Assembly (NCBI GenBank): GCA_964643325.1
Contig: CAZXSE010000007.1
Location: 1-60,137 of the forward strand
Direction: 5' to 3'
DNA from: an uncultured Planctomycetales bacterium
Lineage (GTDB): Bacteria; Omnitrophota; Gorgyraeia; Zapsychrales; Fredricksoniimonadaceae
DNA length: 60,137 nucleotides
Positions within the stretch are counted from its first letter, which is position 1; every line of letters begins with the position of its first letter. The notes beneath the pieces were generated by a model, which ran no database searches, was not told the DNA's origin, and saw nothing but the letters and a program-made list of their open reading frames with translations. The translations under genes and the position numbers were made by a program. Positions 1 to 8,466 of the stretch are shown here, piece after piece.

Positions 1-106
<106 letters not shown>

Positions 107-210
107 TTATAATTATAAGTGCAAGAAACTGCGAATGTTCGTCGATTATAGCAAAAAACAAAGCAGGGGCAACTTATTTCTCTTCTGAAACGACCCCTCT
201 TCCAATGGCG

Positions 211-1155
211 TCATTTTGCCCCTAACATCCATTTCTCATGCAGGAACGCCTCATGTTCCATCAACAACTCCATGTAATCCAGCTCCAGCGCGATCATCTC
301 CTCATCATTCTTACGCAGCCATTCCGACAGCCACGCAAAACGCAACGCCAGGACCAGGCCCTGGAAATGCTCCCAGCTCAATACTGAAGAAATGCCCGAC
401 GCCTTCAACCTCGCGATCAATGTAACAACAAGATCTCTCTCCAGGCTTGAAGGATGCTCCATGCCCAGGCAGCCGACCATGTTCGCCGCGTCATACAACT
501 CGGGCTTCAGGCCGCAAAACTCCCAGTCGATCACGACGCGGATATCCCTCTTCCCCCAAATAATATTGAGCGGATGATAATCCCCGTGACAAAAAGCAAG
601 CGGCAGCGCATCATACGCCGGCATAAAGCCTTTCTCAAGGAACTGAACAACCTTCTCAAGCCGCGGCATCAGATCGGGCCGGCGCTGACGAACCTGCGTC
701 AACAGCGTATAAATATATTTCTTGAGTGAAAAGGGGTGTTCTGCAACAGAGGCATCTATTCCGGCAGCAGCATTGCGCAAGGTGAGCAGAAAATCCGCAA
801 CTACATCCCCGCGCCACTGCTCGTACATATACGCGCTGCGGTCAAGGGCTTCGCCCGCGTAGAACGGTGCACACTGCCAAACACCACCGCCATGTTCTTT
901 CAGATGCCGGCCGTCAGCATCCGCGCAGTACAACGGGATCCTGCCCATGCCCGCGCGGACAAGGAACTGCAACGCATCGATGATCCTTTTCTTGACGGGA
1001 TACGCGCCGGACGGGACCTTCTCAAGGACATAATACTTCCCTGCCGCATCCTCGATCACGGCACGATAAGCCGTGCGCTCAGGGCTTCCCGCAGGCACCA
1101 ACCCGGGGCATTCCCTCTGAAAAGCAATGCCCCAAAGGCCCGCAACCTCTTTCAC
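211..1155 (-). CDS. Aminoglycoside phosphotransferase / homoserine kinase type II-like (APH fold) kinase
   Basis: HGDYHPLN (Brenner-type) and VIDWE motifs. Confidence 0.8.
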   Translation of the reverse strand: MKEVAGLWGIAFQRECPGLVPAGSPERTAYRAVIEDAAGKYYVLEKVPSGAYPVKKRIIDALQFLVRAGMGRIPLYCADADGRHLKEHGGGVWQCAPFYAGEALDRSAYMYEQWRGDVVADFLLTLRNAAAGIDASVAEHPFSLKKYIYTLLTQVRQRRPDLMPRLEKVVQFLEKGFMPAYDALPLAFCHGDYHPLNIIWGKRDIRVVIDWEFCGLKPELYDAANMVGCLGMEHPSSLERDLVVTLIARLKASGISSVLSWEHFQGLVLALRFAWLSEWLRKNDEEMIALELDYMELLMEHEAFLHEKWMLGAK

Positions 1156-1661
1156 GGCGCCGGATGGACGACGATCTTGTCCCCTGTGATCTTGGCATTA
1201 GGAACAATGACCTTTTTATTATCCGTCGTGGTGATGATCGTATTAAAGATCTGGATCTCCTGGACAATCCCTACCGCGCCGCCCGCCTCGATGGTATTGC
1301 CCACACGGAACGGCTGGAACAGGATCAGCATGACACCCGACGCGAAATTCGCCAGCGACCCTTGCAGGGCGAGGCCGACGGCCAGGGATGCCGCGCCGAT
1401 GACCGCGATGAACGAACTTGTTTCAACGCCAAGCTTATTAAGAGAGGCGATCACAACGAACGCCATGATGCCGTAAAACCCTAAATGCCGCGCGAAAGAA
1501 GCCAGAGTCTTATCAACCTTGGCCTTGAGTAATCCCTGCTCGATCAATTTCGCAACAATATCAGCGACCCAGCGGCCGATGATGAAGATCAGGATGGCCG
1601 CGATCACATTCATCCCGTACTGGATCACATACCCGTAGATCTTATCCATTGTTTCCTGCAT
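1152..1661 (-). CDS. mscS: Short MscS-family mechanosensitive channel
   Basis: GAASLAVGLALQGSLANFASG TM3 motif, FRVGNTIE, IVPNAKI; only 169 aa. Confidence 0.88.
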   Translation of the reverse strand: MQETMDKIYGYVIQYGMNVIAAILIFIIGRWVADIVAKLIEQGLLKAKVDKTLASFARHLGFYGIMAFVVIASLNKLGVETSSFIAVIGAASLAVGLALQGSLANFASGVMLILFQPFRVGNTIEAGGAVGIVQEIQIFNTIITTTDNKKVIVPNAKITGDKIVVHPAP

Positions 1662-1699
1662 ATACCCCCTCCTGATTTATTCAACAGCACATCCGCCCG

Positions 1700-1945
1700 T
1701 TAACGGCCAAAATCCTTGTCCAGGCCGCACGCGGCCAGGAAATCCTGCCCCGAACATTTCAGATGCGGCGCGACCGACTTGATCGTTCGCAACGACGGCC
1801 AGCGCACGCCGCGCGTCATTTTGGAGACCTCGGACTCGTCAACGCCGCTGGCGATCGAAAGGTCCCTTGCTGTCATGCCAACCTCGAGCAATTGCGCCCG
1901 GAGCCATTTGCTGAACTTTGCCAGATCTTCCTTCTTATCGACCAT
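1700..1945 (-). CDS. XRE-family helix-turn-helix protein
   Basis: MTARDLSIASGVDESEVSKMTRGVRWPS HTH pattern; start moved to ATG 1945 behind AAGGAGG. Confidence 0.75.
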   Translation of the reverse strand: MVDKKEDLAKFSKWLRAQLLEVGMTARDLSIASGVDESEVSKMTRGVRWPSLRTIKSVAPHLKCSGQDFLAACGLDKDFGR

Positions 1946-2050
1946 CCCGGCCTCCTTGCCCATCATTCAACACACACTTAATAAAAGGTCCGCAGGCCAT
2001 ATCACAACGACCTGCGGACCTTGTTGAGAACAACTACTGTCCTTATCGCC

Positions 2051-2764
2051 TTAGAAGGACCAGTTCACGATCGGCAGGAACTCGAACGGCTCTTTATTGC
2101 CGTTATAGTTGCCCAGCCCGATCTGCAGCCCGTCGAGAGACTTCGTCACGTTGACGAACCCGAGCTGGAACCCATGCATCTCGGCCGCGTAATTCACGAA
2201 GCCACCCTGGAAACCCTTGACAGAGCCCTCGGCATAATTGACCGCGCCAAGCGCCGCGCCCGTGAACTCACCCATGGACGTATTCACAAGCCCGCTCTGC
2301 AGGCCGACAAAACGCCCCTTGGTGTGATTGATCCAACCTGACTGCCAGCCATGGAAGAACCCTTCTGTCCATGTGACAAGGCCGGATTGCAGGCCCGTGA
2401 AATCACCCTCGGTGACCGCCACAAGGCCGCCCTGCCAACCAACAAAACGCGCACCCGTGCGGCTGATCCAGCCCGACTGCCACCCGTGGAAAGAACCATC
2501 AGTCCAGTTGCCAAGGCCCCATTCAACGCCCTTAACATCACCTTTGGTGCGGTTCACGCCCAGAAAGCTCAAACTGAAACCCGTCATATCCTGGTTCACC
2601 GTATAGAACAGGTCCAACCGGATGCCCTTGATCGATTCTTCCGCCGGAACCAGCTGCACCGGTTCGAACACGGACAACTGCAGGAACTTCGCGTCCTGCG
2701 CGAACGCCGCCGATGTTGCGGCGATCACGAACAGCCCTGCCAATACAAATGCCTTCTTCAACAT
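2051..2764 (-). CDS. Secreted glycine-rich repeat (LA_2272-like, probable beta-solenoid) surface protein
   Basis: Signal peptide from ATG 2764 (MLKKAFVLAG...AFA); ~15-aa repeats G[WLF]Q[SG]G[WLF][IV]N; C-terminal LPIVNWSF. Confidence 0.75.
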   Translation of the reverse strand: MLKKAFVLAGLFVIAATSAAFAQDAKFLQLSVFEPVQLVPAEESIKGIRLDLFYTVNQDMTGFSLSFLGVNRTKGDVKGVEWGLGNWTDGSFHGWQSGWISRTGARFVGWQGGLVAVTEGDFTGLQSGLVTWTEGFFHGWQSGWINHTKGRFVGLQSGLVNTSMGEFTGAALGAVNYAEGSVKGFQGGFVNYAAEMHGFQLGFVNVTKSLDGLQIGLGNYNGNKEPFEFLPIVNWSF

Positions 2765-2828
2765 AGTTACCCCTTTCTTTGATTTAACCCTTGTTCCAAC
2801 GAACTGCATCGAACCTTTGATGAAGATA

Positions 2829-4469
2829 TTATTTTACGCCTTCACCAAATACAGTCAATGTAAATTCCAAGGGCACATGACCCATCGACCCCTGAACTTC
2901 ATGAGCAGCGCCCATCACTGCTTTTTGCGCGTCAAGGCCAAGGGCTACGATCTCATCATGGATCTTTTGGGCGCGCGCCGCGGCCAGTATGTTCATCGCT
3001 GCTTTATCCGCAGGGGCCTTTTCGATCAGCTGCTTTTTGATCTCCTCAATGACCCGAGGCGCATCGTAAGAACCATCCTTGCTCTTATACTTTTTATTCA
3101 ACGCCCAAAGATCACGGATACCGAAACTGCGCTGATAGATCTGCCCGTATATCTTCATCTCGTCGCCCGTGGCCTCGCGCCTTAACGCCTCGTATTCCCT
3201 GGCCAGAACATCCGCCTGTATCGCCTTCCAATCCATCGCAGGGTCATAACTGCCGTTGATCTCAAGTTCAAGCTTCGGGCGCTCCTTGAGCCCCTTGACC
3301 AGCAGCGCCAATTTTTCCTTCTCTGTATCCGTAAGCTCCGCGCTCCCGGGGGCGAACTTGACATACCCCAACTCATCCGTGCCGCTCTCATCGCCAAGCA
3401 TGGACCCCAGAAAAGCGAACGGTTTTGTCACAACCTTGAAGAAGAAATTACGCACCACCTGCCCGACCAGCGGCCAATAGCGGAATTCCGGCGAACTCAT
3501 GTCGCCCGTCACAGGGAGCGATATCTTGATCTGCCCGTTGGCATCCTCGAGAAGGGCCAACGCTAGGCCAAAGGGAAGCCCTAAGGCATCCTTGCTTTCA
3601 ACCTTGTCCCCGAAAGTGAAGTTCTGGATAAGGACCTTGTGGCTCGCCGTTAATTTGTTATCGGCAATGCGATAGTCCATCCGCAAGTCGAACCCCCCGT
3701 CAGCGAGCGCTCTGCCGGTATATTTACCGACATACGGCGAAAGCACGGTCAATACATAACTGCCCACCGTCACCGCCGTCTCCAATTCAAGCGGCTTGGC
3801 CAGCGGCTTCACAAGGGCCTCTACCGAAACTGCCCCCTTAGTATCAACCTTACAAGCGGCGATGATCTTTGTCGAACTTGCCGGATCGGTTGAAAATCCC
3901 GTCAGGCTGACATCAATATCGCCAATAGTCGTCGTAAAACGGGGCTCGATGGTCTCATCCGTGAATATGACCTGGCCATGCTTAAGCTCAACAAGGTCAG
4001 CCATGATCACAGGAGCAGGCCCGGCAGGCGCTGCCTGTGGCGCGGCTGCGGTGGTGGAAGGCGCGGGGATCAGTTCCAAGAGGTTGATCTTCCCGCCAGA
4101 TAAAAGCCGCGCATCGATCCTCAATCCGTCGATCAGCAAGGATTCAACACGATATATCTTCTTAAGAAGCGCCAAGAAACTGGCATCAACGGCGACCTTA
4201 TCGACGGCAATCAGAGGGGTTTTATCGGAAGCCAGGATCCGCAGGCCATTCACATCAAGGCTCAACATGAAAGGATTGACATGCACCGCCCGGACCTGCA
4301 CGGAGTGCTTGAGGACCTTCGAGCCCTGGCTTTCAATGCCCCACTTCAATGCCAAAGGAACAATGACAAAACCAATGACCAAAAGGATCCCAAGCCCCCA
4401 CGCAACGATCTTGATCGTGATGTTAAAGCGTTTATTCAACATCAGCCCGGCCTTTTCATTAACAGACAC
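2829..4469 (-). CDS. DUF748 domain protein with OmpA-like C-terminal region
   Basis: N-terminal TM; ALLEDANGQIKISLPVTGDMSSPEF motif; FAPGSAEL..., LELEINGSYD OmpA-like segment. Confidence 0.8.
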   Translation of the reverse strand: MSVNEKAGLMLNKRFNITIKIVAWGLGILLVIGFVIVPLALKWGIESQGSKVLKHSVQVRAVHVNPFMLSLDVNGLRILASDKTPLIAVDKVAVDASFLALLKKIYRVESLLIDGLRIDARLLSGGKINLLELIPAPSTTAAAPQAAPAGPAPVIMADLVELKHGQVIFTDETIEPRFTTTIGDIDVSLTGFSTDPASSTKIIAACKVDTKGAVSVEALVKPLAKPLELETAVTVGSYVLTVLSPYVGKYTGRALADGGFDLRMDYRIADNKLTASHKVLIQNFTFGDKVESKDALGLPFGLALALLEDANGQIKISLPVTGDMSSPEFRYWPLVGQVVRNFFFKVVTKPFAFLGSMLGDESGTDELGYVKFAPGSAELTDTEKEKLALLVKGLKERPKLELEINGSYDPAMDWKAIQADVLAREYEALRREATGDEMKIYGQIYQRSFGIRDLWALNKKYKSKDGSYDAPRVIEEIKKQLIEKAPADKAAMNILAAARAQKIHDEIVALGLDAQKAVMGAAHEVQGSMGHVPLEFTLTVFGEGVK

Positions 4470-4480
4470 AGGGACAGCCC

Positions 4481-4990
4481 TTATTCGGCCGTTGCCGCTG
4501 AAGTTGCTTCAGCCTGGACCGACTTCCCGCCCTTGCGCTGCGCCGCTCTCTGTTTTCTCAATGCCTCACGCTCGGCCTTCTGCTTGGCGATCCATGCAGC
4601 GTTCTCGGCCTTGTTGCTTTCCATCAACGCTTCCCATTCGGCCTTATTGGATTTCTTCAGGGCTTCCAACTCCGCCTTGCCGACCTCCTTCTCTGCATCA
4701 GAGAGGACTCCATCATTATTGGTATCACACTTCTGCTTTAAGGCCTTCGCTTCCTGATGATTTTGCGTGCGCAACTGCTTGCGCTCAGCAACATTCTCCT
4801 TACGCATTTCCTTCATCTCGGCGCGTACCTGCTCACGCGTCTCTTTCCGCTCGGCGCGGACCTGTTGCGCATTCATCCGACGCTGCTGAACGCGCGTTTT
4901 CTGCGTTGTTGCCGCATTCTCGGCAGCAAAGACCGGCGCTCCTGTCATCATAAAAATGCCCGCGATCAACATGATGCATGCTTTTTTCAT
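4481..4990 (-). CDS. Secreted charged coiled-coil protein with one EF-hand-like loop
   Basis: Signal peptide ...VFA; DTNNDGVLSDAE matches the 12-residue EF-hand loop. Confidence 0.65.
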   Translation of the reverse strand: MKKACIMLIAGIFMMTGAPVFAAENAATTQKTRVQQRRMNAQQVRAERKETREQVRAEMKEMRKENVAERKQLRTQNHQEAKALKQKCDTNNDGVLSDAEKEVGKAELEALKKSNKAEWEALMESNKAENAAWIAKQKAEREALRKQRAAQRKGGKSVQAEATSAATAE

Positions 4991-5168
4991 ACAGACCTCC
5001 CTGGATAGATGAAGACCTTATTACGAAGAATTGAATTATACCGCTTGCCGCTGCTTTTGCCCACAGTTTTCTCGGCCCGCACCCGGGATTTGACCGGAAA
5101 GAATGACTGTGTTATAAAAGATATTACCTTATCCTTCCGCACTCCTGTTTGCTACCCAACAACAGGAG

Positions 5169-6716
5169 TTGCTCATGCTTGCCAGATCATTCACCTTCGG
5201 GCTCAACGGACTGAGCGCCTACCCCATTACCATTGAAGTGGACGTTAGCCAGGGCCTGCCATCGTTGACCATCGTCGGCCTGCCGGACAATGCCATTCGT
5301 GAGAGCAAAGAGCGCGTCCGCTCCGCGATCAGGAACTCCGGCTACACATTCCCATCCGCGCGCATCATCATTAATCTCGCTCCGGCCGACACGCCCAAAG
5401 AAGGCCCCTGCTTTGACCTTCCCATCGCCCTGGGCCTTCTGGCCGCGACCGAACAACTGCCTGTAACACTCCTGGCCCGTTTCGCCTCTTTGGGAGAACT
5501 TTCACTGACCGGAGAAATAAAAACAGTTGCCGGTGTCTTACCCGCATCGATCGCTTCGGCGCAGAACACGGACGGCAACGGCGGCGGATTGATCGTACCG
5601 CGCGCCAACGCCGAAGAAGCTGCCCTCGCGCACAATGCCCGTATATTCCCTTTCACCACATTGATCGAAGCCGCCCGATTCATCCAGGAACCTGAAAAGA
5701 CCAATGCATTCCTCGCCGCTGCGCAAGGGCCGGGCCAAGATGCCGCTACCTGCGGCGAGCTTGATCTAGGCGATGTCAAAGGACAGACCATTGCCAAACG
5801 CGGACTTGAAGTGGCGTCAGCCGGCGGGCATAACGCGCTTTTGCTGGGGCCTCCGGGCAGCGGCAAGACCATGCTGGCCCGGCGCCTGCAGACCATCCTG
5901 CCACCATTGACCCGCGACGAGGCGCTCGAGATCACCAAGATCCATTCGATCGCCGGCATCAACAGCTCCGGGACCACGCTGACCTGCACCCGGCCGTTCC
6001 GCTCGCCGCATCACACGGCATCGACCGTTTCTCTCGTCGGAGGCGGCTCCGACCCAAAGCCGGGAGAGGTGACCCTCGCGCATCACGGCATCTTGTTCCT
6101 GGACGAATTACCCGAATTCAGCCGCAGCGCCCTCGAGGCCCTGCGCCAGCCACTGGAAGACCGCTTCGTTACCATTGCTCGCGCCACCAGGACCCTGCGC
6201 TTCCCCGCGAAATTCACCCTGCTGGCGGCCATGAACCCCTGCCCGTGCGGGCATCTCGGCGACAGGCAAAGAGCCTGCCGCTGTTCCAGCACGCAGATCC
6301 AGCGGTATCAGATGAAAATATCCGGGCCGCTCCTGGACCGGATCGATATCCACCTGGATGTCCCTGCGTTAAGGACCGAAGACCTGCTCGGTGCTCCATC
6401 GGGAGAATCTTCCGCGACGATCCGCGCGCGTGTCGTTGCCGCACGAGAGCGCCAGCTGGCGCGCTTCCATGCGGAGAATATTTATGCCAACGCGCAAATG
6501 TCCCACCGGCATATCAGGAAATTCTGTGCCCTGGACAAGGCCTCGCAAAAACTTCTCAAAGAAGCTGTGGATAATCTCGGACTTTCCGCGCGCGCCCACG
6601 ACAAGATCTTGCGCCTGGCGCGCACGATCGCCGACCTGGCTGAACAAGAGGACATCTCCCCCGCGCATCTGGCTGAGGCTATCGGGTACAGGACGTTGGA
6701 CAGGAATATTAAATAA
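5169..6716 (+). CDS. comM: YifB/ComM Mg-chelatase-like AAA+ ATPase
   Basis: GLPDNAIRESKERVRSAI, GPPGSGKT Walker A, LFLDELPEF, SGPLLDRID. Confidence 0.95.
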   Translation: MLMLARSFTFGLNGLSAYPITIEVDVSQGLPSLTIVGLPDNAIRESKERVRSAIRNSGYTFPSARIIINLAPADTPKEGPCFDLPIALGLLAATEQLPVTLLARFASLGELSLTGEIKTVAGVLPASIASAQNTDGNGGGLIVPRANAEEAALAHNARIFPFTTLIEAARFIQEPEKTNAFLAAAQGPGQDAATCGELDLGDVKGQTIAKRGLEVASAGGHNALLLGPPGSGKTMLARRLQTILPPLTRDEALEITKIHSIAGINSSGTTLTCTRPFRSPHHTASTVSLVGGGSDPKPGEVTLAHHGILFLDELPEFSRSALEALRQPLEDRFVTIARATRTLRFPAKFTLLAAMNPCPCGHLGDRQRACRCSSTQIQRYQMKISGPLLDRIDIHLDVPALRTEDLLGAPSGESSATIRARVVAARERQLARFHAENIYANAQMSHRHIRKFCALDKASQKLLKEAVDNLGLSARAHDKILRLARTIADLAEQEDISPAHLAEAIGYRTLDRNIK

Positions 6717-6729
6717 AGAAAGGAACATC

Positions 6730-7332
6730 ATGAAAGAAAAACAACGTTCCGTCACTATTCTTGGAACAAGGATCGAACAAAAAATATTTTTTATCCGCGG
6801 TAAGAAAATAATGATCGACAAGGATCTCGCTGAGCTTTACGAAGTCCCAACAAAACGGCTGAATGAACAAGTTAAGCGTAATTTACAGCGCTTTCCTGAT
6901 GATTTCATGTTCCAGCTTTCACGCCGGGAACTCAATGAGGTGGTCGCAAATTGCGACCACCTCAAAGGCATCAAATTCTCTCACACCTTGCCCTACGCTT
7001 TCACAGAACATGGAATTCTGATGATCTCCAGCGTCTTGAACAGCAACAAAGCCATCGCAGTCAATATCCAGATCATGCGGACATTCACAAAACTGCGGGA
7101 ACTGATGATCGCGCACAAGGACCTCAACGACCGGATCAATGCGCTAGAGGGCAAATACGACCGTCAGTTCAAGGTCGTATTCGATACGATCAGAAAGCTT
7201 CTCATGCCGCCTCCGGCGGCAAAGAAGCTCCCGATCGAATTCCATGTGCGTTCTACAGAAGAAACAACACTGCCTGACCAGAATTTACGATCCCAAGCGA
7301 GCAAGCAAAAAGGAAGGTCCCTCGAACGCTGA
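6730..7332 (+). CDS. ORF6N domain protein (copy 1)
   Basis: IRGKKIMIDKDLAELYEV...RNLQRFPDDFMFQL...PYAFTEHG; start ATG 6730 with RBS. Confidence 0.88.
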   Translation: MKEKQRSVTILGTRIEQKIFFIRGKKIMIDKDLAELYEVPTKRLNEQVKRNLQRFPDDFMFQLSRRELNEVVANCDHLKGIKFSHTLPYAFTEHGILMISSVLNSNKAIAVNIQIMRTFTKLRELMIAHKDLNDRINALEGKYDRQFKVVFDTIRKLLMPPPAAKKLPIEFHVRSTEETTLPDQNLRSQASKQKGRSLER

Positions 7333-7886
7333 ACAGAACAGTTCTATAAAAGAAAGGCTCATCATGCAACCCAAAAAATGCGTAGCCGCTATTATTACAG
7401 AAAGAATCGAACAAAAAATATTCCTGATCCGCGACAAGAAAGTTATGCTCGACAGCGACCTAGCAGAACTTTACAAGGTAGAAACAAAACAACTCAAAAG
7501 AGCCGTCAGAAGGCATTTATCCCGATTCCCTGATGACTTTATGTTCACGCTTTCATCCCGGGAATTCCGTCTTCTAAGGTGCCAAAATGGCACCTTAAAG
7601 AAAGGCGCTCACTCAAAATACCTTCCCTATGTCTTCACTGAACAGGGCGTGGCCATGCTCTCGAGCATTTTAAACAGCGAGCGCGCCATTGAAGTCAATA
7701 TCCAGATCATGCGGACATTCACAAAACTGCGGGAACTGATGATCGCGCACAAGGACCTCAACGACCGGATCAATGCGCTAGAGGGCAAATACGACCGTCA
7801 GTTCAAGGTCGTATTCGATACGATCAGAAAGTTTCTCATGCCGCCTCCGGCGACAAAGAAGCTTCCGATCGGATTCCATGTGCGTT
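7059..7886 (+). repeat. 194-bp direct repeat (7059-7252 and 7693-7886) shared by the two ORF6N genes
   Basis: First 139 bp identical; four substitutions in the remaining 55 bp; offset 634 bp. Confidence 0.92.
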
Positions 7887-7936
7887 ACAACGAGGAAGGA
7901 TCAAAACAGCGTGTAAATGAACGGCGCCACCGCTGA
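7364..7936 (+). CDS. ORF6N domain protein (copy 2)
   Basis: IRDKKVMLDSDLAELYKV...RFPDDFMF...PYVFTEQGVAMLS; start ATG 7364. Confidence 0.88.
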   Translation: MQPKKCVAAIITERIEQKIFLIRDKKVMLDSDLAELYKVETKQLKRAVRRHLSRFPDDFMFTLSSREFRLLRCQNGTLKKGAHSKYLPYVFTEQGVAMLSSILNSERAIEVNIQIMRTFTKLRELMIAHKDLNDRINALEGKYDRQFKVVFDTIRKFLMPPPATKKLPIGFHVRYNEEGSKQRVNERRHR

Positions 7937-8059
7937 GCTCTGCGCGAAAATGATGAGCACGCTCAGCAGAAGAAGGATCATGATGATCGGCGCCAGCCAG
8001 AAGCGCTTGCGGGTCTTTAAGAAATCCCATAATTCTTTCACAATGGATAATTTTGCCAT
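7901..8059 (-). CDS. DUF5989 / SxtK-like small membrane protein
   Basis: MAKLSIVKELWDFLKTRKRFWLAPII...AVAPFIYTLF; last gene of the carbamoyltransferase trio. Confidence 0.88.
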   Translation of the reverse strand: MAKLSIVKELWDFLKTRKRFWLAPIIMILLLLSVLIIFAQSSAVAPFIYTLF

Positions 8060-8066
8060 AGCACCC

Positions 8067-8465
8067 TCAAAATTGCTGTTGATAGCGTTCTTTGGGAATA
8101 TCTTCCGCCAACCGCGCATGCCAGTATGTTGCTGCCGTCTTATCCCACCGGCGCTCCAGATGATCCTTGCCGATAAGCCTGAATAAAATACCGATCGGCG
8201 CAAAAAGGAGAAAGAACACTCCCGCCAGGATCACCGTTGTAATAATGCCGCCGATGAAATGCGCGACTTTCATCCATCCGCGATAGCCAGGCTTAAGTGC
8301 GTCCGCATCCCATAGTGTCACGCCCGCGAAAACAACCGCGCAAACGAGCAATGTTACCGGCGCCCAGGAAAGGCCGTGCTTCAATAGCCCGCCGACGCCG
8401 AACACGGCCGTGATCAGCCCCAGCCCATAACCAAACACTAAAAGATCTTTTCTTATCTTGTCCAT
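8067..8465 (-). CDS. SxtJ-family membrane protein
   Basis: Start ATG 8465; FFLLFAPIGILFRLIGKDHL...YW...YQQQF pattern; gene context. Confidence 0.85.
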   Translation of the reverse strand: MDKIRKDLLVFGYGLGLITAVFGVGGLLKHGLSWAPVTLLVCAVVFAGVTLWDADALKPGYRGWMKVAHFIGGIITTVILAGVFFLLFAPIGILFRLIGKDHLERRWDKTAATYWHARLAEDIPKERYQQQF

Positions 8466-8466
8466 T

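Noticed and set aside
1152-1661. MscS pseudogene because it is short
   Set aside because: The ORF is intact with coupled neighbours and no frameshifted remainder; short MscS forms are common
7059-7886. Diversity-generating retroelement (template/variable repeat pair)
   Set aside because: The four mismatches include two C/T changes and are not confined to adenines, both copies are in-frame coding, and no reverse transcriptase is in the window
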